NCBI RefSeq assembly: GCF_000014265.1 | Contig: NC_008312.1 | Coordinates: forward strand, 4,680,001-4,712,000 | DNA length: 32,000 nt | DNA from: Trichodesmium erythraeum IMS101 | GTDB taxonomy: Bacteria > Cyanobacteriota > Cyanobacteriia > Cyanobacteriales > Microcoleaceae | Direction of reading: 5' to 3' | Shown here: piece after piece, positions 1 to 7,559 of the stretch | Numbering within the stretch: position 1 is the stretch's first letter | Layout of the letters: each line of letters begins with the position of its first letter | Notes under the pieces: generated by a model | Database searches by the model: none | Told to the model about the DNA's origin: nothing | The model's input: the letters and a program-made list of their open reading frames with translations, nothing else | Made by a program: the position numbers and the translations under genes

Positions 1-2
1 TT

Positions 3-1199
3 GACCCTATATTTCTTACCGCAATGCCCCAAAGAATTTTTGGCATTATGGCTAACTATACTTTGTTAGCTATTCCCTACTTTATTTTTATGGGGGGAAT
101 GTTAGAAAAATCTGGCATTGCAGAACAACTACTGGAAACAATAGGAATATTGTTTGGTCGAGTTAGAGGTGGTTTAGCTCTGGCAGTTGTTCTTGTCGGC
201 GCTCTTCTAGCTGCTACTACTGGTGTTGTTGCTGCTACGGTAGTCGCAATGGGGTTAATTTCTTTACCTATTATGTTGCGCTATGGGTATAATAAAGAGT
301 TAGCTACAGGTGTAATTGTAGCATCGGGAACTTTAGGCCAGATTATTCCCCCTAGTGTGGTTTTAGTAGTTTTGGCAGACCAACTGGGAATTTCTGTTGG
401 TGATCTATTTATTGGTTCTATTTTGCCTGGTCTAATAATGGCAGGAACTTTTGCTCTTCATGTTTTGATTGTTTCTTTTATACGACCAGATTTAGCACCT
501 GCTTTACCAGCAGAGGTACGAAATATTGGAGGGAAAAATCTCTGGATGAGGGTGCTAACCGTAATGTTTCCACCATTAATCTTAATTTTATTAGTTTTAG
601 GTAGTATATTTTTTGGTATTGCTACACCTACAGAAGCTGGTGCTGTGGGATGTGTGGGAGCGATCGCTCTTGCTATAGCTAAAGGTAAGTTTAGTTGGAC
701 CTCTTTAAGAAAAGTATGTGATGTTACCCTCCGCACAACTACTATGGTAATGTTTATACTTTTGGGTTCCACTGCGTTTAGTTTAGTTTTTCGAGGAGTC
801 GAAGGCGATCGCTTTATGTTTGATTTGCTTTTTAATCTTCCTGGTGGTACGACTGGTTTTTTGATTGTCAGTATGGCAATTGTTTTTTTTCTTGGTTTTT
901 TTATTGACTTTTTTGAGATTGCTTTTATTGTTGTACCTTTATTTGTACCTGTTGCACAACAACTTGGTATTGACCTAGTTTGGTATGGTGTGATCTTAGG
1001 GGCTAATCTTCAAGCATCTTTTTTAACGCCTCCCTTTGGCTTTGCCCTATTTTACTTACGAGGTGTAGCACCTTCAGAAGTTACTACTGGTCAAATATAT
1101 AGAGGTGCTATTCAGTTCATCTTACTTCAGTTATTGGTTTTAGTACTGATTATTACTTTTCCTAGTATTGTTAATTTTCTACCCTCATTGAGTGGATAA
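3..1199 (+). CDS. dctM: TRAP transporter large permease subunit (DctM family), 5'-truncated by the window edge
   Basis: The frame-3 ORF is open from the first bases of the window (DPIFLTA precedes the listed Met). It is a strongly hydrophobic multi-TM protein with DctM-like motifs (IPYFIFMG, GGLALAVV, LGQIIPPS, PPFGFALFYLRG). Confidence 0.85.
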   Translation, partial: DPIFLTAMPQRIFGIMANYTLLAIPYFIFMGGMLEKSGIAEQLLETIGILFGRVRGGLALAVVLVGALLAATTGVVAATVVAMGLISLPIMLRYGYNKELATGVIVASGTLGQIIPPSVVLVVLADQLGISVGDLFIGSILPGLIMAGTFALHVLIVSFIRPDLAPALPAEVRNIGGKNLWMRVLTVMFPPLILILLVLGSIFFGIATPTEAGAVGCVGAIALAIAKGKFSWTSLRKVCDVTLRTTTMVMFILLGSTAFSLVFRGVEGDRFMFDLLFNLPGGTTGFLIVSMAIVFFLGFFIDFFEIAFIVVPLFVPVAQQLGIDLVWYGVILGANLQASFLTPPFGFALFYLRGVAPSEVTTGQIYRGAIQFILLQLLVLVLIITFPSIVNFLPSLSG

Positions 1200-1226
1200 A
1201 GATTTGATACCAAAATTCTCATGGAT

Positions 1227-1252
1227 AATGTATTTAATAAATACATTTTTTT
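1227..1252 (+). terminator. Possible weak intrinsic terminator after dctM
   Basis: Inverted repeat AATGTATT / AATACATT with a short loop, followed directly by a T-run (TTTTTTT), 28 nt after the dctM stop. The stem is AT-rich with only one G:C pair, so it is weak. Confidence 0.35.
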
Positions 1253-1377
1253 ACCAGATTTAATATAAATTTAAGTATAAAGATAAGAAGAATAAATATT
1301 TATAACCTTTGGTCATAATTGCTAAATAATGATTACTGCTAAACTTAGTATAAAAAATAAGTAAAACTTTACCTCGT

Positions 1378-1710
1378 GTATTTTGACTAACTTAAGACTT
1401 GAAGCTATTGCTCCCAAATAAATAATTAAAAATTTTTCTTCACTATTGCTTATATCAAGAAGTTTAATATATACTGAACTCTCAGTTTTAATTTTAGTCT
1501 TGAGGGTTTACTTCTGATTACTATAAAAGTTAGTATTAAAAATGATTGAAAATTAATTGGGTATTTTTACTAACTCAAGACTTAAAGCTATTGGTAACCC
1601 AATAATTAAAAAAATTTCTCAACTATTGCATAGATGAAGAAATTTAATATATACTAACTATCAACTTCAATTAATAGGAAGTTATTAAAAATAAGTCTAG
1701 TTCAACTTGG
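1378..1710 (+). repeat. Tandem duplication of the region upstream of the small ORF (copy 1 about 1378-1560, copy 2 about 1561-1710)
   Basis: Both copies read GTATTTT(G/T)ACTAAC(T/C)(T/C)AAGACTT(G/A)AAGCTATTG ... ACTATTGC(T/A)T ... AA(G/A)TTTAATATATACT ... AAGTTA(G)TATTAAAAAT ... TTGG in the same order. Copy 2 lacks about 33 nt that copy 1 has. Confidence 0.7.
1626..1655 (+). promoter_or_regulatory. Putative sigma70-type promoter for the small ORF (TTGCAT ... TATACT). An equivalent TTGCTT ... TATACT is at 1446-1475 in repeat copy 1
   Basis: -35-like TTGCAT (1626-1631) and -10-like TATACT (1650-1655), or the overlapping TATATA, with 16-18 nt spacing. The same arrangement is conserved in both tandem copies. 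It lies about 65 nt upstream of the ATG at 1721. Confidence 0.3.
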
Positions 1711-1720
1711 AGATATTAGT

Positions 1721-1894
1721 ATGAGTATGTCAAAAAAAATTGATGTTCAGCCAGTTCGGTCTAGTAAAATTCAGGTAGAGGTAAAAGATATTCTACAAAA
1801 TTCACTAGGAAAAAACTCACAAACAGGATTAAATTTTGACGCAGATGGTGGCGATCGTCACTTTGACTCAGATGGTGGTGATCGTCATCACTAA
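1721..1894 (+). CDS. Small 57-aa peptide, MSMSKKIDVQPVRSSKIQVEVKDILQNSLGKNSQTGLNFDADGGDRHFDSDGGDRHH (candidate RiPP-type precursor). Not in the supplied ORF track because it is under 60 aa
   Basis: ATG at 1721 is preceded by GGAG (1709-1712). The ORF is locally GC-richer than the flanking AT-rich spacer. The C-terminus is a 27-nt direct repeat (1835-1861 and 1862-1888) encoding FDADGGDRH and FDSDGGDRH. Two of the three nucleotide differences between repeats are synonymous (GGC/GGT, CAC/CAT). Confidence 0.5.
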   Translation: MSMSKKIDVQPVRSSKIQVEVKDILQNSLGKNSQTGLNFDADGGDRHFDSDGGDRHH

Positions 1895-2775
1895 GAGTTC
1901 AATATTTAAGTATTTGAATGTTTGTTTTAGATGCTTAGGGGGTTAAGAGTTACCTATCATTAGTATCTCTAGCCATGTTAGTCTGAACATGACAAATAAA
2001 AAAAATATTATGGTAAAAACTTTCCCCTTTTATATCTAAATATGTATATATCAAATATTTTTGAGCGTTTTTTACATGCAATAATAGATAATTTTATATA
2101 ATTCAGAGAATAAGCGTTGAAAAAAAACTATTTAACATTTAACTTAAGAGATTAATTAAGATATGTAAATGTAATAGATTGTAAGGAATTTTATTTAAGC
2201 ACCTAAATAAAAAAAGTAACCTTCCCTAATTTTATGTAAGCCTTACATGAGAAGGAATTCATCTAAAAAAGTGTATGATTAATCTTGTATTCTTACTTGA
2301 TTTTACCTGTTCCTAATAAAGCTTTGAAATATAAGTGTTTATTCTTTTTAGATAGTATTTATCAAATATATAAAGTGCATAAATATTCTATTTTAGGTAA
2401 TAGATAACAGGACAAGTAGAGAAGAGTAAAATAATATTATACAGGGGATTCTATCTTTGTGAGGTAAACTCTAGGGCAAGAAATATTTAATTATTAATAT
2501 ATATACTTCATATACTTAGAATATACTGTATCATTAATATCAGAATATCTATATACAAGAAAACTATTATTTAAGATAAGTAAATATTAAGTTTAAAAAA
2601 TTAAGAATTCCTAAATAAACCCATATATCAATGAATTAAGATTTAGTTGAGTTCAAATGATATGATAGACAAAGTAAAAATCAGCTTTGACTAATCTATG
2701 ATGTGCTAGTAAAAATCCTTAACTAAACTTAATAAGACCATAAACTTCAAAAATTAATAGAAAAAATTCTTAATT

Positions 2776-3933
2776 ATGTCGTATCTAACACATCTAATAC
2801 AACCATTAAAGCAAGAAGAATTTTTAGAAAACAACTGGACTAAGAAAGCGATCGCTATCTCCAATAAAGGAGAGAAAGATTTTACAGACCTATTTTCATG
2901 GGAAAAACTTAACTACCTACTAAACTTTCATCAAATAAAATATCCCGATGTGCGACTTGCATTTGATGGAAAAGTTCTGGAGGAAAAAGAAAATAGAAAT
3001 TTTACTCAATGGTGCGAAAAAGGAGCAACCTTAATTCTAGATCAAATTCATAGAAGGATTCCAGAAGTTGCTATATTTACTTCAAAACTCAGCTACGAAT
3101 TAGGATACCCAACTCAAGTCAATGCTTATTGTTCTTGGTCTAGTAAAAAAGGATTTTCTCCTCACTACGACACTCACGATGTATTTATTTTGCAGGTAGA
3201 AGGAAATAAACAATGGTATGTGTATAATGACACCTTCAAATATCCATTGCCAAACCAAAAATCATCTTCTTTTACACCACCTGAAAAAGAAGCATATTTG
3301 AGTTGTATTTTACATCCAGGAGATGTACTTTATATACCTCGTGGACACTGGCATTATGCAGTGACAAAAGAGGAACCATCTATTCATCTTACTTTAGGTA
3401 TTCACTCTTCAACAGGTGTGGATTTATTGGAATGGTTAATTGGTCAATTACAATACAGAGAAGAATGGAGAACAAGTCTAGCGTTAAGAATAGATGATAC
3501 TTCTTTTAATGTTAGTGTAGAAAATTTAATTAAAGACTTAAAAGAGTATATAAATAATCACAATATTAGCGAAGAATATAATAATTACTTGGATGGTTTA
3601 GCAAAACCTTTTGAGCAGTATAATTTACCTTATCAAGCTGGATTTCATATTTTTCATAGGGATATCGATACTAAATTCAAAGTGTCTCAGTTTCAACGTT
3701 TAAAAATTTCCAAAATGGCTGATGATGATGGATATAAAATTTTAGTTTCTGGTAAAGAGGTATCTATTCGAGGAGTACCAGAATATTTAGTGAAAAATTT
3801 ATTTAGCCGAGAAACATTTACTGGAAAAGATATCATAAATTTATTACCTGACTATGACTGGGAAATAGATATTATGCCCATGTTATCAAAGCTAGTTAAT
3901 GAAAGAGTTATTTTTGTAGAATCAGGGCTGTAA
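2776..3933 (+). CDS. JmjC / cupin-4 family Fe(II)- and 2-oxoglutarate-dependent oxygenase (ribosomal-oxygenase YcfD/RoxA-like fold)
   Basis: 385-aa ORF. It has an HxD motif (H130-Y-D132 in SPHYDTHDVFILQVEGNKQW) and a distal His in YIPRGHWHYA about 62 residues later. That is the facial-triad spacing and context typical of cupin_4/JmjC ribosomal oxygenases. A winged-helix-like C-terminal extension follows. Confidence 0.8.
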   Translation: MSYLTHLIQPLKQEEFLENNWTKKAIAISNKGEKDFTDLFSWEKLNYLLNFHQIKYPDVRLAFDGKVLEEKENRNFTQWCEKGATLILDQIHRRIPEVAIFTSKLSYELGYPTQVNAYCSWSSKKGFSPHYDTHDVFILQVEGNKQWYVYNDTFKYPLPNQKSSSFTPPEKEAYLSCILHPGDVLYIPRGHWHYAVTKEEPSIHLTLGIHSSTGVDLLEWLIGQLQYREEWRTSLALRIDDTSFNVSVENLIKDLKEYINNHNISEEYNNYLDGLAKPFEQYNLPYQAGFHIFHRDIDTKFKVSQFQRLKISKMADDDGYKILVSGKEVSIRGVPEYLVKNLFSRETFTGKDIINLLPDYDWEIDIMPMLSKLVNERVIFVESGL

Positions 3934-4029
3934 ATATGAATATATTTTTTTATTGATGTTGATTAAGGAGTTAAATGTTATGAAAATCAAATTGTAATTA
4001 ATACTCAATTAGTATGTATCTGAATAGTA

Positions 4030-4182
4030 AGATAATATATCGTTTAAAACTCATTTATTAGAGAAAAATTGAGAGGTAAATTACTTATGAATTTATTACT
4101 TAAACATAACTGATAAATAGATACTATGGCTATATTATCAAAGCCAGTAACTGAAATTAGTGAAAAAGTTATTTTTATATAA
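4030..4182 (+). pseudogene. Decayed tandem duplicate of the last ~50 codons of the JmjC gene
   Basis: 4086-4182 aligns by eye to 3828-3933: AT(A/G)AATTTATTAC...ACTG..AAATAGATA.TATG.C.AT.TTATCAAAGC.AGT.A..GAAA...AGTTATTTTT.TA.AA. The residual ORF MAILSKPVTEISEKVIFI (4126-4182) matches the JmjC C-terminus MPMLSKLVNERVIFV. Stop codons lie upstream in that frame. Confidence 0.6.
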
Positions 4183-4201
4183 TTAAAATAGGAGTTTAAA
4201 G

Positions 4202-5209
4202 ATGAATAAGTTTTTTTGTTCTAGCGCTTGCCGAGAAGCAGATGAAGACATTATTGGAAGTGGTACGAATTATTCAGTTTATGTATTGATAGAATGTCCT
4301 TACCCTTGGAAACATAATGCTTTCGAGTCTCGTTTTTTACCAAAAAACTTAGAGATGTTGATGGCAAAAGTGAAAAGGGATAAATTGTCTCTCAGATTTT
4401 TACTGATTACTCAAAATCAAAATTATAGGCAAAATAACAGAAAGATTTTAATTTATGAAAAAAATAAATCTTCATTTATCAATAGTTATAAAAAATATGA
4501 GTTTGACGTAGATCATCCTGAAAAAATAGCTCCAATTATTCAAAAATACTTAGCAGGAGATAATTTAGATACTAACACTCAAAATCCTCAAATAAGAGAT
4601 CTATTAGTTTGTACTCATGGTAGTCACGATAAGTGTTGTGCTAAATATGGTAATCCGTTTTATGCGGAAGCTAAAAAAACTATTTCTGAATTGGGTTTAA
4701 AAAATACAAGAATTTGGAAAACAAGTCACTTTGGTGGTCATAGGTTTGCACCTACTATGATTAGCTTTCCTGATGGTAGATATTATGGATTACTTAATCG
4801 AGAATCTTTTCAAACAATTTTGCTACAAGCCGGGAATATAAAATTATTAAGCCAAGTTTATCGAGGTTGGAGTATTTTACCAACTTCTATTCAAGTGTTG
4901 GAAAGAGAACTTATCTTCCGCCACGGTTGGGAATGGTTTGAGTATAAAATTAATCTTTTACATCTGGATATTAATTTCGATAAAACATTAGTTCAAACTC
5001 AATTAGCTGTGCTTAAACCAGATGGTTATCAATATATTTGTCAAGCTAAATTAGTTAAAGATGAAAGTAAAACTATCTATATTAAAGGATCTTGTGATGC
5101 ATCTCACGAGTCCGAATTTATAAAGTATGCTGTCAGTAATCTTAGCTTCATAATTGAGAAGAAAACTTCTGAAAAAGTGTTAATAAGTTCTCATACAAAG
5201 GTTAGTTGA
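4202..5209 (+). CDS. Sucrase/ferredoxin-like (Suc_Fer-like) thioredoxin-fold protein, Apd1/Aim32-type bis-His [2Fe-2S] candidate
   Basis: GGAG (4191-4194) lies 7 nt before the ATG. The N-terminus has GT..YVLIECPYPW, typical of the family. It has C137-x8-C146 (CTHGSHDKCC) and H176-FGG-H180 (HxGGH), which is the Cys2His2 ligand pattern described for Apd1/Aim32. Confidence 0.75.
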   Translation: MNKFFCSSACREADEDIIGSGTNYSVYVLIECPYPWKHNAFESRFLPKNLEMLMAKVKRDKLSLRFLLITQNQNYRQNNRKILIYEKNKSSFINSYKKYEFDVDHPEKIAPIIQKYLAGDNLDTNTQNPQIRDLLVCTHGSHDKCCAKYGNPFYAEAKKTISELGLKNTRIWKTSHFGGHRFAPTMISFPDGRYYGLLNRESFQTILLQAGNIKLLSQVYRGWSILPTSIQVLERELIFRHGWEWFEYKINLLHLDINFDKTLVQTQLAVLKPDGYQYICQAKLVKDESKTIYIKGSCDASHESEFIKYAVSNLSFIIEKKTSEKVLISSHTKVS

Positions 5210-5402
5210 AAACATGAATTGATTTGGTATTTCTCAAAACTAAAATTGCTGACTAGTATCTTTAATACCTATTATTTGATAAATTTATAATCATTCACAA
5301 AAGAGACTATTATCAAAAATTTTAGTTACTAATTTTCTCAAGTTTTTTTTGAATAAAAAGCTTTACCTATAAATTCTTAGGATAAAGTAAGTTAAGGAGT
5401 AT

Positions 5403-5811
5403 ATGATTGAACCTTTAGGAGCTAAAGTCCTCAATCTATCTAAATGCTCTCCTGATTTTAACCCTATTGAATTATGGTGGTTACAACTAAAGTCTTTTAT
5501 AAGCAGTTTTTATCCCACTACAACAGAAATGGTTGATACGGTCATTTCTGTTGCATTTTAGTTAAGGGTACCTTGTCAAAAAATATGTCAAAAACATCAT
5601 CAAACTCTTATTTAGTAAAGGTTTTACATGTAATCAACTTGTTCCATGACACATGACATATTCAGCTTTAATCCTTTTTTAGCTATAGCTTTGTATTTCC
5701 CTCGCTCCTACTAGCAACTACAGGTATTTTCTCGGTAAAAAATGTCAAAGTACCATTAATATTCTGCATTTAAAAAACTTGTTTATTAAGTGCTGTTATT
5801 GTAACTCATAA
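5403..5811 (+). pseudogene. IS630-family (Tc1/mariner-like DDE) transposase C-terminal remnant, interrupted
   Basis: 5403-5561 translates to ...SKCSPDFNPIELWWLQLKSFI... (the YSPDLNPIE..W..LK motif around the catalytic E/D). 5758-5811 translates to NILHLKNLFIKCCYCNS*, the typical cyanobacterial IS630 C-terminal tail. There is no N-terminal or DDE core, and the two pieces are in different frames. Confidence 0.65.
5562..5759. mobile_element. MITE-like ~198-bp insertion with imperfect terminal inverted repeats, splitting the IS630 remnant
   Basis: The left end TTAAGGGTACCTTGTCA (5562-5578) matches the reverse complement of the right end TTAATGGTACTTTGACA (5743-5759) at 14 of 17 positions. The interior is non-coding. 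It sits exactly between the two transposase-homologous pieces. Confidence 0.4.
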
Positions 5812-5892
5812 CAATAAGAAGTGGTGTATAAATTTAAAATATATTAGTTGTTTGATTAGGCAAATTGAAGATTTTTTTTATTAAAGATAAAT

Positions 5893-6351
5893 CTATAAAT
5901 TCTGAACATCAGGTAAATTAAAGAGCATAAATTGGTGCGGTATTCCTAAAAAATTAAGTTGTTGACCAGTGCTTATAAAACCTATTTTTTCATAAAACTT
6001 AGATGCACTCAAACGAGACATTACTCTCAAAGATTTTAATTGTTTTTCTTTGGCAATTTCAATGATTTTTTGAATTAAAGCTGTGCCTACTCCCTGAGAT
6101 TGAAATTTAGGTAAAACAGCAACATATGAAATACTTCCTAGTTCTGTAGATAATTGTCGCAGTCTAGCCGAACCAATAATTTGTTCCTCATAAACAGCAA
6201 TAAAATGTAGAGAAGAATCATCATCGTCAGACTCATCTTTTTCTGTTCCTCTTTCCATATCTATCGGTTTTCTTAAAACTACCCAACGTTGATAATACAT
6301 ATTTTCTTTTTCTTGTTTGTTTTGAATTCGGCTAATCTTAAACTTTAACAT
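5893..6351 (-). CDS. GNAT-family N-acetyltransferase
   Basis: 152-aa ORF with acetyl-CoA-binding motif A (VLPKFQSQGVGTALIQKIIEIAKE) followed by FYEKIGF. Confidence 0.85.
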   Translation of the reverse strand: MLKFKISRIQNKQEKENMYYQRWVVLRKPIDMERGTEKDESDDDDSSLHFIAVYEEQIIGSARLRQLSTELGSISYVAVLPKFQSQGVGTALIQKIIEIAKEKQLKSLRVMSRLSASKFYEKIGFISTGQQLNFLGIPHQFMLFNLPDVQNL

Positions 6352-6644
6352 TTTTCAATTTTAATTAATTCAAGGATCTCTATTTGATTTAATCTAGATT
6401 TTTATTTATGGGTTGCTAAATACAATTTGATAACTAATAAAGCAATCACTGAAAATACCCATAATGAAATACAATTCAGAATAATGAATCATTAATATCT
6501 TATTAATAAAAATAGACCACTTTTATACAATTAAATATAATGTCTATAAATTATAGATGGAATAAAAAGCAGTAAAGTAATATAATTAAATAATTCCATA
6601 ACTATTAGCTACAATTAACCCCATCTCTGAGTTTTAAGTAGAAA

Positions 6645-7367
6645 CTACTTAGACCAAGCTGGATGAGATAATATAGACGCAAACATTCGTACTCCACGGA
6701 GTAAATTAGAAAGAGGTAGATGACCTTTTGGAGCACTTAAATTCCAAGTAAATTCATTAGGGTATCTACTCCAAGTATTGCCATTTTTCCAGCCAATTTT
6801 TGGTAGAAACTTATCCCAATTTTTCCCTGATCCCAACCAAATTTCTCTCTGTACGGAATAGCCAAATTTACCTTCTGAATAAATTAACCACATGTTATTA
6901 ATAGTTTTCATATCTGGAATTGGAATACTATCTACTTCTGAAAAATAAAGCCACTTTCTTTGTATCGCTGCTTCTCCTACTAACTCACACAATTTTTGCA
7001 TTGTTAATTTATCAGCTTCTAAAAAATCTTGATGGGCTAATTTGACTTGTAAATGACTGTAGTCGATATTAGATGCTGAATTGATTGGTACAACTCCTAA
7101 GGGAAAGTTTTTTTGTATAAATTCATCAACTTTAGATGACTTAATTTGACGTAAAACTTGATATATTTTTCCCTTAACTATAGTTGGCGAATCTAATTTT
7201 TTCTTCTGCAAAAACTCCATGAGAATTTCTACACCTTCATCTCCTATTTTTGCTAAATTAGGAATTACCTGCAACTGTTTTTTTTCAGAACCAGATTCTA
7301 GTTGATACTCTAGTTCAGATATATTAAATGAAGGGTATTTTGTAAAGTTAGTTTGTGATTCTGTCAT
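6645..7367 (-). CDS. gun4: GUN4 domain protein (Mg-chelatase activator / porphyrin-binding, Ycf53-like)
   Basis: The C-terminal domain has the GUN4 signature: DSIPIPDMKTINNMWLIYSEGKFGYSVQREIW...GWKNGNTW...FTWNLSAPKGHLP. The N-terminal domain is helical. Confidence 0.85.
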   Translation of the reverse strand: MTESQTNFTKYPSFNISELEYQLESGSEKKQLQVIPNLAKIGDEGVEILMEFLQKKKLDSPTIVKGKIYQVLRQIKSSKVDEFIQKNFPLGVVPINSASNIDYSHLQVKLAHQDFLEADKLTMQKLCELVGEAAIQRKWLYFSEVDSIPIPDMKTINNMWLIYSEGKFGYSVQREIWLGSGKNWDKFLPKIGWKNGNTWSRYPNEFTWNLSAPKGHLPLSNLLRGVRMFASILSHPAWSK

Positions 7368-7372
7368 TTCAT

Positions 7373-7421
7373 TTATTAGTTATTAGTTATTAGTTATTAG
7401 TTATTAGTTATCAGTTATTAG
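7373..7421. repeat. Heptanucleotide microsatellite (TTATTAG)x7, sixth unit TTATCAG
   Basis: Seven contiguous 7-nt units read directly from the sequence, starting 6 nt upstream (on the minus strand) of the gun4 start codon. Confidence 0.95.
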
Positions 7422-7559
7422 TATATCTAGGAGTCATAATTATATTCATAATTCTGTAGAACCTGTCAGTCAATTAATGGGTTTCAGAATTCTACAAAAT
7501 TTGATTATTTACTAGTATTGAATTAGTAGTCATTCCCCTATCTCCTACTAAGATTAATT

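Noticed and set aside
458-772. 104-aa minus-strand ORF inside dctM
   Set aside because: It is fully antisense to a well-supported permease gene. Its composition simply mirrors the hydrophobic codons of the sense strand, and it has no recognisable motifs.
3303-3497. 64-aa plus-strand ORF in an alternative frame of the JmjC gene
   Set aside because: It is an out-of-frame overlap with a gene that has a clear catalytic motif in the other frame. The peptide is low-complexity.
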